DNA of 64,000 nt from Macrostomum lignano. Its lineage: Eukaryota. The notes beneath the pieces are model-generated. The model was not told where the DNA came from. It did no database searches and worked only from the letters and a program-made list of their open reading frames with translations. This document shows positions 1 through 13,279 of the stretch, piece after piece; the first letter of the stretch is position 1; every line of letters starts with the position of its first letter. The position numbers were made by a program, and so were the translations under genes. The stretch lies in assembly GCA_002269645.1 (NCBI GenBank), contig NIVC01000814.1, positions 372,001 to 436,000 on the forward strand, read 5' to 3'.

Positions 1-172
1 TCAGTGTGTTAGCAGCGGCCCATTGACTGTAGGACCCAACTGCTGTCAGTGTGTTAGCAGCGGCCCGTTGACTGTAGGACCCAACTGCTGTCAGTGTGTT
101 AGCAGCGGCCCGTTGACTGTAGGACCCAACTGCTATCAGTGTGTTAGCAGCGGCCCGTTGACTGTAGGACCC
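1..172. repeat. 45-bp minisatellite (FEM1B intron)
   Basis: Unit TCAGTGTGTTAGCAGCGGCCCGTTGACTGTAGGACCCAACTGCTG, ~4 copies, cut by the window edge. Confidence 0.95.
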
Positions 173-227
173 ACTACTATAACTGTCTTAGCATTTATTA
201 ATTGACTGTCAATTTCATAAATCACAG

Positions 228-3200
228 AATGCGCAAAGAATGCGAAACTCTGGCCGAACTAGAAGAGATTCAATACGACTTCGAACTACTGGAATTAGAA
301 GGCCTAATGATACGCGAACGAGTGCTAGGTCCGCAGTATTGCGACCTCACCGGACCAATCGTGTATCGCGGAGCCGTGTGCGCCGATCTCATGCAGTTCG
401 ATCGTTGTCTGGAGCTCTGGCTGCACGCCCTCCGATTGCGTCACGGTCAAAATCAGGCTGGCGGTAAAGACCTGCTTAGACTGTCTCAAGTGCTCTCGCA
501 GATGGTGTCGCTGCGAGCTGAAGTGCCATTTCGCATTGTCTACGAAGTTTTGACTATCAGCTGCGAAGAGTTGCATCGCTGCCGGCTGAGGTGTAAAAAT
601 CAACGAGAAGAATTGGATGCGTTCAGTCAGGATGTACACACGGTGTTCTACCTGCTGGCTCTGCTGTCTAAGGTGAGACTCACTGAGGGGCTGATTCACT
701 GAAAGATTATGTTATGACCAAAAACATAAACTGGTACATGTAGCTTTGATCTACTTATCAACATGAGTAGCTGCTGTAGCTATGACCCACTTGGATGGTC
801 ATCAATATGAGTAGATGCTGTAGCTATGACCCACTTGGATGGTCATCAACATGAGTAGATGCTGTAGCCATGACCCACTGGAATAGTCATCAACATGAGT
901 AGATGCTGTAGCTATGACCCACTTGGATGGTCATCAACATGAGTACATGCTGTAGCTATGACCCACTTGGATGGTCATCAACATGAGTAGATGCTGTAGC
1001 CATGACCCACTATAATGGTCATCAAGATAGGTAGCTTTGACCTTGACCCACTATAATGGTCATCAAGATAGGTAGCTATGACCCACTTTAATGGTCATCA
1101 AGATAGGTAGCTATGACCCACTATAATGGTCATCAAGATAGGTAGCTATGACCCACTATAATGGTCATCAAGATAAGTAGCTATGACCCACTATAATGGT
1201 CATCAAGATAGGTAGCCATGACCCACTATAATGGTCATCAAAGATAGGTAGCCATGACCCACTATAATGGTAATCTAAGATAGGTAGCCATGACCCACTA
1301 TAATGGTCATCAAGATAGGTAGCTATGACCCACTATAATGGTCATCAAGATAGGTAGCCATGACCCACTATAATGGTCATCAAGATAGGTAGCCATGACC
1401 CAATATAATGGTCATCAAGATAGGTAGCTATGACCCACTATAATGTTCATCGGTCATCAAGATAGGTAGCCATGACCCACTATAATGGTCATCTAAGATA
1501 AGTAGCTATGACCCACTATAATGGTCATCAAGATAGGTAGCCATGACCCACTATAATGGTCATCAAGATAAGTAGCTATGACCCACTATAATGGTCATCA
1601 AGAGAAGTAGCTATGACCCACTATAATGGTCATCAAGATAGGTAGCCATGACCCAATATAATGGTCATTAAGATAGGTAGCTATGACCCACTATAATGGT
1701 CATCAAGATAGGTAGCCATGACCCAATATAATGGTCATCAAGATAGGTAGCCATGACCCAATATAATGGTCATCAAGATAGGTAGCTATGACCCACTATA
1801 ATGGTCATCAAGATAGGTAGCCATGACCCACTATAATGGTCATCAAGATAGGTAGCCATGACCCACTATAATGGTCATCAAGATAGGTAGCTATGACCCA
1901 CTATAATGGTCATCAAGATAGGTAGCCATGACCCAATATAATGGTCATCAAGATAGGTAGCCATGACCCAATATAATGGTCATCAAGATAGGTAGCTATG
2001 ACCCACTATAATGGTCATCAAGATAGGTAGCCATGACCCACTATAATGGTCATCAAGATAGGTAGCCATGACCCAATATAATGGTCATCAAGATAGGTAG
2101 CTATGACCCACTATAATGGTCATCAAGATAGGTAGCTATGACCCACTATAATGGTCATCGGTCATCAAGATAGGTAGCCATGACCCACTATAATGGTCAT
2201 CTAAGATAAGTAGCTATGACCCACTATAATGGTCATCAAGATAGGTAGCCATGACACACTATAATGGTCATCAAGATAGGTAGCCATGACCCAATATAAT
2301 GGTCATCAAGATAGGTAGCCATGACCCAATATAATGGTCATTAAGATAGGTAGCCATGACCCACTATAATGGTCATCAAGATAGGTAGCTATGACCCACT
2401 ATAATGGTCATCAAGATAGGGAGCCATGACCCAATATAATGGTCATCAAGATAGGTAGCTATGACCCACTAGAATGGTCATCAAGATAAGTAGCTATGAC
2501 CCACTATAATGGTCATCAAGATAGGTAGCTATGACACACTATAATGGTCATCAAGATAGGTAGCCATGACCCAATATAATGGTCATCAAGATAGGTAGCT
2601 ATGACCCACTATAATGGTCATCAAGATAAGTAGCTATGACCCACTATAATGGTCATCAAGATAGGTAGCTATGACCCAATATAATGGTCATCAAGATAGG
2701 TAGCCATGACCCAATATAATGGTCATCAAGATAGGTAGCCATGACCCAATATAATGGTCATCAAGATAGGTAGCTATGACCCACTATAATGGTCATCAAG
2801 ATAGGTAGCTATGACCCACTATAATGGTCATCAAGATAGGTAGCCATGACCCACTATAATGGTCATCAAGATAGGTAGCTATGACCCACTATAATGGTCA
2901 TCAAGATAAGTAGCCATGACCCAATATAATGGTCATCAAGATAGGTAGCTATGACCCACTATAATGGTCATCAAGATAAGTAGCTATGACCCACTATAAT
3001 GGTCATCAAGATAGGTAGCTATGACCCACTATAATGGTCATCAAGATAAGTAGCTATGACCCACTATAATGGTCATCAAGATAGGTAGCTATGACCCACT
3101 ATAATGGTCATCAAGATAGGTAGCCATGACCCAATATAATGGTCATCAAGATAGGTAGCTTTGACCTTGACCCACTATAATGGTCATCAAGATAGGTAGC

Positions 3201-6200
3201 CATGACCCACTATAATGGTCATCAAGATAGGTAGCTATGACCCACTATAATGGTCATCAAGATAAGTAGCCATGACCCAATATAATGGTCATCAAGATAG
3301 GTAGCTATGACCCACTATAATGGTCATCAAGATAAGTAGCTATGACCCACTATAATGGTCATCAAGATAGGTAGCTATGACCCACTTTAATGGTCATCAA
3401 GATAGGTAGCCATGACCCATTATAATGGTCATCAAGATAGATAGCCATGACCCACTATAATGGTCATCAAGATAAGTAGCTATGACCCACTATAATGGTC
3501 ATCAAGATAGGTAGCTATGACCCACTATAATGATCATCAAGATAAGTAGCTATGACCCACTATAATGGTCATCAAGATAAGTAGCTATGACCCACTATAA
3601 TGGTCATCAATGATAGGTAGCCATGACCCACTATAATGGTCATCAAGATAGGTAGCTATGACCCACTATAATGGTCATCTAAGATAAGTAGCTATGACCC
3701 ACTATAATGGTCATCAAGATAGGTAGCTATGACCCACTATAATGGTCATCAAGATAGGTAGCCATGACCCACTATAATGGTCATCAAGATAGATAGCCAT
3801 GACCCACTATAATGGTCATCAAGATAAGTAGCTATGACCCACTATAATGGTCATCAAGATAGGTAGCTATGACCCACTATAATGGTCATCAAGATAAGTT
3901 GCTATGACTCACTATAATGGTCATCAATGATAGGTAGCCATGACCCACTATAATGGTCATCAAGATAGGTAGCCATGACCCACTATAATGGTCATCAAAG
4001 ATAGGTAGCCATGACCCACTATAATGGTCATCAAGATAAGTAGCTATGACCCACTATAATGGTCATCAAGATAGGTAGCCATGACCCACTATAATGGTCA
4101 TCAAGATAGGTAGCTATGACCCACTATAATGGTCATCAAAGATAGGTAGCCATGACCCACTATAATGGTCATCTAAGATAGGTAGCCATGACCCACTATA
4201 ATGGTCATCAAGATAGGTAGCTATGACCCACTATAATGGTCATCAAGATAGGTAGCCATGACCCACTATAATGGTCATCAAGATAGGTAGCCATGACCCA
4301 ATATAATGGTCATCAAGATAGGTAGCCATGACCCACTATAATGGTCATCGGTCATCAAGATAGGTAGCCATGACCCACTATAATGGTCATCTAAGATAAG
4401 TAGCTATGACCCACTATAATGGTCATCAAGATAGGTAGCCATGACCCACTATAATGGTCATCAAGATAAGTAGCTATGACCCACTATAATGGTCATCAAG
4501 ATAGGTAGCCATGACCCACTATAATGGTCATCAAGATAAGTAGCTATGACCCACTATAATGGTCATCAAGATAAGTAGCTATGACCCACTATAATGGTCA
4601 TCAAGATAGGTAGCCATGACCCACTATAATGGTCATTAAGATAGGTAGCTATGACCCACTATAATGGTCATCAAGATAGGTAGCCATGACCCAATATAAA
4701 GGTCATCAAGATAGGTAGCCATGACCCAATATAATGGTCATCAAGATAGGTAGCTATGACCCACTATAATGGTCATCAAGATAGGTAGCCATGACCCACT
4801 ATAATGGTCATCAAGATAGGTAGCTATGACCCACTATAATGGTCATCAAGATAGGTAGCTATGACCCACTATTGAGTTAGAATACGGTAGATAAAAATTC
4901 TAACAAGCATTAATTGAATTGCTTTAAATGTTTTAATTTTTGTTCTGCTTAAGTTAAAAAGGTATGGCATGATTTTAATGCAGATATTTTTAGCTTATTT
5001 AACTACTTATGTCGCCTATTTTTGCTCATATCTTGCGTACTTATCACCAGGTGAAAATGACAATTTACGAAGAGCAGCTCAGTTTCCGTCTGGTGCACAG
5101 CCTAGTTAAAGCGGACTTCCGCTTGCCAAACGGACACAGCCTGTTGCACATGTCCTGCGATCCGGCCACCGAGATTGACAGCTTTCATGTTAGCAGCGCT
5201 GTCAGCGTGCCAAATTGCACCGTGGCTAAACTGCTGCTGCACTGCGGCGCAGATCCAAATTCTATGTCGGATGCTGGGGACACGCCGTTGCATCTTATTG
5301 TCAGGTAATTTTTGCTGCAGTTGTTGTAGTAGACTGTATGCTGCAGTAGGCTTCTATTTTGTAGCAGATCCTGTAGTAGACTTCCATCTGGTAGCAGATC
5401 CTGCAGACATCCTCTAGTAGGCTTTGATATGGTAGCAGAGGCTTTAGTAGACTTTTATGTGGTAGTAGAGGCTGTAGTAGACTTCTATATGGTAAGCTGA
5501 GGCTGTAGTAAACTTCTATATGGTAAGCTGAGGCTGTAGTAGACTTCTATATGGTAAGCTGAGGCTGTAGTAGACTTATATATCGCAGCAGAGGCTGTAG
5601 TAGCTTTAATATCGTAGCTGAGGCTGTAGTAGACTTAAATATCGCAGCAGAGGCTGTAGTAGACTTTAATATCGTAGCTGAGGCTGTAGTAGACTTTAAT
5701 ATCGTAGCTGAGGCTGTAGTAGACTTTAATATCGTAGCTGAGGCTGTAGTAGACTTGAATATCGTAGCTGAGGCTGTAGTAGACTTGAATATCGTAGCTG
5801 AGGCTGTAGTAGACTTTAATATCGTAGCTGAGGCTGTAGTAGACTTTAATATCGTAGCTGAGGCTGTAGTAGACTTGAATATCGTAGCTGAGGCTGTAGT
5901 AGACTTGAATATCGTAGCTGAGGCTGTAGTAGACTTGAATATCGTAGCTGAGGCTGTAGTAGACTTGAATATCGTAGCTGAGGCTGTAGTAGACTTGAAT
6001 AGCGTAGCAGAGGCTGTGGTTATATTTTTATTTATATTACTTGTAGTAGAAGGCTTAGCTAACTATGGCTGCTGCAGAACTAAGCGATGATAATTAACAG
6101 TACTTTTTTATCTATAATTTCAGATACGACCGCGCACTGCCGGATTTCCTCACCCTGGAGAGTACAATCACGTGCTTAGTAACGCACGGCGCTCACACGG

Positions 6201-7893
6201 ATGTGCGCAATTGTCACGGTCAGCGTCCGCAGGATGTGGCACCGCCAGCACAGTCTGGCGAACAGTCAGTTGGCGAAGGCGGAGGCGGCCTGGCTGCTTT
6301 GGTACTGTCTGGCTGTGGTCAGCAACGGTTAATGTGTCTGGCTGCCGAGGCTGTTGCTAAGTGAGTTGGTTTTACCAATCTACCTGTAATTTATCAACAT
6401 TAGAATTCTGTGAGTGCGTGCTAAAATATCAAATATAAGATAAAGATACACAAATTATCTCTCTCCAGAATCGGGGTTGCTAAGAAACCAACCGCTTCAC
6501 AGATTACACAGAATCAACCCGAAGGAGGGTTAAAATGCTAGTCTGTATACTAAAATAAAAGGTACCCAGTGGTCCAGCGCGGCGCTATCATATGCCAGCA
6601 GCCCAGGCTCGATTCCAATTGCAGTCGCATTGATTTGGTGGCTAAATTGGAATCTCGGCTTGGCTCTGTTCGTGCAATTAACGCCCAGCTTGAGGGCCAA
6701 CCCCCAAAGGCACAGTGAAGTGTACATGCCTAACGATAAATAGAGTTAGGGCCGCTGTACACTCCTGTGTGAGTGTGTGCCTGCGCGTGTATCTGCCAAT
6801 TACGACTCAAGTAGGACGGGAAACCTCGTTTCTTACAAAATTTTAGAAGGCGGGCTTTCCCGAAAAAATACACTACGGAGATAGGAAGTTTTCAGCACAA
6901 AAATTGCTATTGCTTTTGATAGGAGGCAGATCCAGCGTTCACCTTTTGATATGCTGTGCTATATATGTGCTATATATGTATGTTAATTTTTTATTCTACC
7001 TACATTTCCTGTACCTAAAATTCGTTAAAATGCATGACACAGCTCGAATATTTGGTTTTATGAATCTATTTTATCATCTCTGCTACAAGTATTTGTTACA
7101 CAGTCAGCTAAGAGTGATAAAATAGACTCATAAAACCAAAGAGCCGAGCTGTGCCATTTCAATGGTTTTTAGGCACAAGACACGTGCAAATGTAAGAAGA
7201 ATAAAAAATTAACATCGAATCCTAATTTTCTGAACGAAAAGCTTCATGAATATCGATAGAGCAATAAGAAAGGCACACCATATCAAAAGATGAACACTGG
7301 GTCTGCCTCCTATTAAAAGCAATAGCAATTTTTGTGCTGAAAGAATGAAAACTTCCTATCTCCGTAGTGTATTTTTTCGGGAAAGCCGGCCTTCTAAATT
7401 TTTCTAAGAAACGAGGCTTCCCGTCCTTTTACTTGAGTCGTCCTTGCTGTCTGCTCAGGGGAGTCGGCGGAATGGGCAGTGAAAATAGAACTGTAGTAGC
7501 CTTCAATTCCTATTTTGAACCAACCTGCGCAGGCACTGGCTGCCAATAATCTGCGCCAGAAGTCACAAACCGGAGACAGACTGCTGCCAAGCAGCCAATA
7601 CAGCTGGCGATTTGGCAGAAGCAGCCGCCGCAACTGTTGCTACGGGGTTTCATCTGCCGCCCGGCCTGTTGCAGTTTGTCGGACTGCACAGCCAGCATCG
7701 GCAGGCCTGCCGGCGCTGCCGACCAGCCGCTGTCGGCATCGGGCCAGGCCAGCCCAATCGCTGCCTGCGCTCCCTCACTCTGGCCGCCGCTTCGGTTGCT
7801 AAGGGCGACTCGTTGTCTTCCTCTAAGTCTTTGTCTGCTCAGTCTATCAGACTAGCCGACGTTGACATGCGATCGGATGGTCGGTTGCAATGA
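228..7893 (+). CDS. FEM1B: FEM1B-like ankyrin/TPR CRL2 E3 substrate receptor, 3' part (5' exons lie outside the window). Exons 228-672, 5051-5304, 6124-6360, 7533-7893
   Basis: Peptides EGLMIRERVLG, PIVYRGAVCAD, LWLHAL, KDLLRLSQVLSQM, LLHMSCD, KLLLHCGAD, GDTPLHLIV, DFLTL, GAHTD, LMCLAAEAV and LPPGLLQFVGLH follow FEM1B in order. GT/AG junction phases are consistent (0, 2, 2). Confidence 0.9.
757..4872. repeat. 35-bp minisatellite, ~110 copies, with longer variant units at the 5' end; fills a FEM1B intron
   Basis: Unit ATGACCCACTATAATGGTCATCAAGATAGGTAGCT. Confidence 0.97.
5325..6020. repeat. 30-bp minisatellite (FEM1B intron)
   Basis: Unit AATATCGTAGCTGAGGCTGTAGTAGACTTT. Confidence 0.95.
6561..6770 (+). 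mobile_element. Possible degenerate tRNA-derived SINE in FEM1B intron 3
   Basis: CCCAGTGGTCCAGCGC (A-box-like) and GGCTCGATTCC (B-box-like) occur at tRNA-like spacing. The 3' boundary is uncertain. Confidence 0.35.
6802..7441. repeat. ~640-bp imperfect fold-back palindrome (arms ~6802-7080 and ~7110-7441)
   Basis: ACGACTCAAGTAGGACGGG... pairs with ...CCCGTCCTTTTACTTGAGTCGT. Complementarity continues inward to ATTTTATCATCTCT / AGAGTGATAAAAT around a ~30-nt loop. Confidence 0.85.
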
Positions 7894-8074
7894 TTTATTG
7901 ACTTATTGATTAATGTTATAGAATAATAATATTGTACATAGTTACTCGGCTATCCACATGCGTCTATAAGTTGAATGATCAAGGTTTTGGTTATAGAGTT
8001 TTATCGTCTGTGGTATGCAGCCGATACCTTTTAAGCTTGTTTATATTACAAAAGATCATTAGATTTATACGATC

Positions 8075-8920
8075 ATCTGTAGGATCATTGAAAGATTGCT
8101 ATGACCCACTGTAGGATCATTGAAAGATTGCTATGACCCACTGTAGGATCATTGAAAGATTGCTATGACCCACTGTAGGATCATTGAAAGATTGCTATGA
8201 CCCACTGTAGGATCATTGAAAGATTGCTATGACCCACTGTAGGATCATTGAAAGATTGCTATGACCCACTGTAGGATCATTGAAAGATTGCTATGACCCA
8301 CTGTAGGGTTACTAAAAGATTGCTATGACCCACTGTAGGGTCATTGAAAGATTGCTATGACCCACTGTAGGGTTACTAAAAGATTGCTATGACCCACTGT
8401 AGGGTTACTAAAAGATTGCTATGACCCACTGTAGGGTCATTGAAAGATTGCTATGACCCACTGTAGGATCATTGAAAGATTGCTATGACCCACTGTAGGG
8501 TCATTGAAAGATTGCTATGACCCACTGTAGGATCATTGAAAGATTGCTATGACCCACTGTAGGGTTATTAATAGATCGCTGTGACCCACTGTAGGATCAT
8601 TGAAAGATTGCTGTGACCCACTGTAGGGTTATTAATAGATCGCTGTGACCCACTGTAGGATCATTAAAAGATTGCTATGACCCACTGTAGGGTCATTGAA
8701 AGATTGCTATGACCCACTGTAGGGTTACTAATAGATCGCTGTGACCCACTTATCACTGAAGTCCAGTAATTCAGGGCCACGAGGATCTGGAAGATTGCTA
8801 TGACCCACTGTAGGGTCATTGAAAGATTGCTATGACCCACTGTAGGGTTACTAATAGATCGCTGTGACCCACTTATCACTGAAGTCCAGTAATTCAGGGC
8901 CACGAGGATCTGGAAGATCG
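8075..8920. repeat. 32-bp minisatellite related to the 35-bp family
   Basis: Unit ATGACCCACTGTAGGATCATTGAAAGATTGCT. Confidence 0.95.
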
Positions 8921-9716
8921 CAAATTCTGTTTATAGCCTGTTAAAAGCTTTTCATATATTACTCACTTGAATTCACTTTTTAAGTCTGTAATTCTTTATT
9001 TTAAAATCGTATCCTGTCCGCTCAGTTTTCACTTACGCCTTGGATATTCATGTTTATCCTAGATAGAAGCTGCTTTATCTGATGTAAAACTAACAGAAAG
9101 ACACCTGATTTTGTAAATTTATAACGTTACTTACAGTAGTCTTTCTTATTCAACTTTGTGTCTTGTTTTGTAATTTTTCTGTCTTAATTTCATTAAAAAA
9201 CTTGTGATTGTTGATTTGTATATTTTTGTGTTAATTTCTCTGTTTAATTCATTTAGTGCTACTGAGTTGCATTGTAGACACAAGTAGTATATAAAATTGG
9301 CTGACATTAAGAAAAAGCAAAAACTACAGACTTATTATCCATTAATTAAGAAATAGGTATACTACTTCTAGTAGATTCAATAGCTTAAGCAGTTTTAATT
9401 TTTTTCTATAGTAATTATTACCAATCTGCTGATATCGTGTTTATATTCAGCCAAATATAATATCTTTGTTCAATTGTAAAACTCCTATAATAAATAAACA
9501 AAATTAATTATTATTTTAAATGCAAATTCAGTTTATTTGGTTTCTTTGAGACGGGTGCACAGGAAAAAGTTATACTCACGTATTAGACTACAAATTGTTT
9601 GTTATAAACTCAAACCCGTTGATTCTTAAAAATAATAATTCAAGCAACAGATGACCCAACGAGTCGGAGTATAGGCATGAGAAAAATTAATTTTAAACAA
9701 TGCTGTTGCTACGCTG

Positions 9717-12057
9717 TCAGTCGGTCGAGTCCACCTCTCGTCTTCGGCGTCTTGTCAGGCCCATCAGCTTGAATAGGTGGCTTCTCTGGCGCCGGTGACC
9801 CTGCTGCTGTTTTTGTTGCTGCTGCTGCTGCTGCCGCTTTCTGCTTGTGGCGGCGCTCAAATTGTCGGCTGCCGCCAGATCGACGCAAGTCAGAGTGGCC
9901 ATAGACGGATTTGAAGTGTCACAATCGGCCTCGCTTATATCCGTCAGGCTCTGTCGCAGGCTGGAGTCAATTTGGCCTAGCAGTTGGTCGCAAGTTCGAA
10001 TCCTATTAACAGTCAGGTTGGCCAGCTCCGAGGTTGTTAGAATCGATCGAATCCGATCGAGTTGAGTCAGGCAGCTCTGTTGGATTTGTCGAATTTCAAT
10101 CAAATCGTTACCTGGCTGATCCTCAAGTGTCAAAGGAGACAGCGGGGCAACTCCGCTGCAGGTGAAAAATGCCGAGTCCATTGAGGCTGCCGTGTCCTTG
10201 CAGTTGGATTGAGTTTCCACTGTGCTATTGGAGAGATCCGGAGACTGATCAATGATTGCTGCTTGCTGGTTCGAGTTCGCCTGTTGGTCAAGCAGCAACT
10301 GCCAGGCTAGGGAGGCGTCTGTTGATGAGGCTGCTTAGGGATGGGGCGGATATGGGAGTAATGAGTTACCAACGATAGAACCAAGTTGTCCTTTAGGGGC
10401 GTAGCCATAAGGAGCGGAGCAAGTGATGGTGCACCTTAAAATTAAAAACCCTATGGCTTGGGCAGGCATAAACGACAATTGCCATGCGCTTGATCCCCCG
10501 CCCCACCTTGAGGCCTGTTATGGAAATCAATAATTTTGCTTCCGCGGGCGCCAAAACGATCCAGTGCCGGCGGCGTTAAAATCGAGTGTCTGTGGCGCCA
10601 AAATGATCGAGTGCCAGTGGCGCCAAAACGATCCAGTGCCTGTGGCGCCAAACTGATCGAGTGCCTGCGGCGTTGAAATACATGTAAGTGCCAGTGGCGC
10701 CAAAATGATCCAGTACCTGCGGCGCTAAAATGATCGAGTGCCTGCGGCGTTAAAATGATCGAGTGCCTGCGGCGCCAAAACGATCGAGTGCCTGTGGCGC
10801 CAAACTGATCCAGTGCCTGTGACGCCAAAACGATCGAGTGCCTGCGGTGCCAAAACGATCGAGTGCCTGCGGTGCCAAAACGATCGAGTGCCTGTGACGC
10901 CAAAACGATCGAGTGCCTGTGACGCCAAAACGATCGAGTGCCTGTGGCGCCAAAACGATCGAGTGCCTGCGGCGTTGAAAAAAGTGCCAGTGGCGCCAAA
11001 ATGATCCAGTGCCTGCGGCGCTAAAATGATCGAGTGCCAGTGGCGCCAAAACGAGTGCCTGCGGTGCCAAAATGAGGGCAAACACCACCGATTCCCAAAA
11101 ATAATATGTAGAAATTTAGTCGTGTAATGCGCTCGTAAAATTCTCGGCTTCGTCCCGCACCATAAAATCGATTGCGACATCCTTGGACATGTATGTCATG
11201 TACCGATCCTTACTGCAGAAGCTTTGGCACCCCTAAGTGCTTGCCATGCAGTTTCCATTGTACATATCATAGCCCATTCAAATGAAGGGTCTTCCCCCAG
11301 CTGACTCACGCAAATCCCAAGTCTCAGTAGCTGTTGTCTCCTCCAGCTGCTGCTGTTGCACCGACTGATTCAACCGACGCCGATGCAGTGGTCGCTGCTG
11401 CTGAAGTCGGGCCGGTTTCCTACTGCTGGCCTTGCCACAGGCGCGCTTTTGAGCTTGATGATGCAGCAACAGTTGAGGCCTTCGACTGGGCGAATCCAGG
11501 TCAGTCTTGGCCGCGCTCTTCGTCGACAGAACCATCGGCACCGCCCGCTTAGCAGCCAGGATTGTCGCTTCTGCTCTACAGTAGCAACAGACGCTGTAGC
11601 TTATCGCGGACACAATGTCCTTTTCCGTTAGCTCATCCGATGATGTAGCCAACTCTGCTAGATTGTCATCCACAAACACTCGCTGAGTTGAGTAGCTCAA
11701 CATCCGACTCTCCTGATTGGCCAGATCCACTCGGCAGGCAGCAACGGGAAAGCCGAAATGCCTGACTGGCGACAGAGGTGCTCGCTCGTCCCAGCTGCTG
11801 GTGAACTCCTGCAAACTGTGGTAGGTCAGCTGACTCGACAGCGACTGACCTGCCGTCGTTGATGCCACCATAGCAGCATTGACGACATGTCCTGAGCACA
11901 GCTGCTGCGCCACAGAGTCGCACAGATGAGGCAATAGCTGACGCCGATTCAGCGTTAACTGATGGCGTCTTTTCGACCTGATGAATCCGAAACGGCGCTT
12001 CCCCGTGTTGCCGCGTACATGATGAAGCAGACAAGCGGAACCAACGATGCTTTTCAT
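9717..12057 (-). CDS. Uncharacterised protein, two exons (12057-11310, 10330-9717), S/Q-rich with a basic C-terminus
   Basis: Two long ORFs join in frame through a GTGAGT donor (11309) and a CAG acceptor (10331), both phase 1. ATG at 12057. No family recognised. Confidence 0.65.
10545..11072. repeat. ~25-bp minisatellite (intron of the unknown gene)
   Basis: Unit CCTGYGGYGCCAAAACGATCGAGTG. Confidence 0.9.
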
Positions 12058-12484
12058 TGTATTGAGGCGCGGTTGAAAAACTATGATTTGTTTATCAGCA
12101 TATTCAACACCAATTAAATTTGTAAAGTGGAAGCTGATAGGTGCAAACCATATGTTTTCATATACACGTAATATAAAAAAGAATGTTAAATTTCCATGAG
12201 CTCTGTATCTAATTCTAGTTTTATCTTATTTAATCATCAATACACAGCTTCTGAGCACAATTCTAACGAAAGTGTACCATAGACATGGAAGTTCTGCATC
12301 ATTAACGTACTAAAGTCTTTTTATGATCTGTTAGGCCATAAAGTCAATATTTGATTTCGCACACAGCCACAATTCACTCAGTGCAACAGAGAATATTCAG
12401 CTTGTCTCCTTGCTTCCCAAGCAGTACCTAAGTACATGTAGCATCATCGCCATCAATTATGAAATAAAATCATCCGACTACTCT

Positions 12485-12837
12485 AGACCGCTCTCCTAAC
12501 TGCTCTCTCATTGGCTGAGCTAGATTGGGCCTGCCCCTCTGGACTGAGTTTCGTCCTTCTAACTTTGACCTCTCTCCTAACTGCTCTCTCATTGGCTGAG
12601 CTAGATTGGGCCTGCCCCTCTGGACTGAGTTTCGTCCTTCTAACTTTGACCTCTCTCCTAACTGCTCTCTCATTGGCTGAGCTAGATTGGGCCTGCCCCT
12701 CTGGACTGAGTTTCGTCCTTCTAACTTTGACCTCTCTCCTAACTGCTCTCTCATTGGCTGAGCTAGATTGGGCCTGCCTGAGTTTCGTCCGTGTAACATC
12801 GACCTGTCTCTTTACTGCTCTCTTATTGGCTGAGCTC
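12485..12837. repeat. 81-bp tandem repeat with CCAAT-box core
   Basis: ATTGGCTGAG occurs at ~12510, 12591, 12672, 12753 and 12825. Confidence 0.93.
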
Positions 12838-13279
12838 AAACCGGCAAAATTTAAAACAGTAAAATCAAAACAGGTTTCTTTATTAATTCCAGTTGGAAGT
12901 AAAATTCAAACCGCGAGCAATTATTACGGATGTAAATTTGTTTATTTAAATGCGCAATCGTATATAAGATTCAAAAACATTCAGTAGACTACCGAGGAAT
13001 AACCAAGAATCGCTAAAGTTACTATTTAATCAGAATCAGAGATACTAAAATAATTACTAGTTATTTTACTATCCGTGGTGTGCACAGACGTTTCTTTCGT
13101 AGCAACTTTTTCAGGGCTACGTGAGGGATTTTACGATTCAAATCTTTATTCGTCTACTTTTCTCAGTAGTCTAAATTGAATCTCCCACAGTGAGCTAAGA
13201 TACATTCTTTATCTGAGCGTTCAAATAAATCCTGATAAAACAGTAACTTCCAGTAGTCCTTCGTGCTAACATTGAATAG

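Noticed and set aside
757-4872. CRISPR-like regular array
   Set aside because: Units are head-to-tail with no unique spacers, there are no cas genes, and the array lies in a eukaryotic intron.
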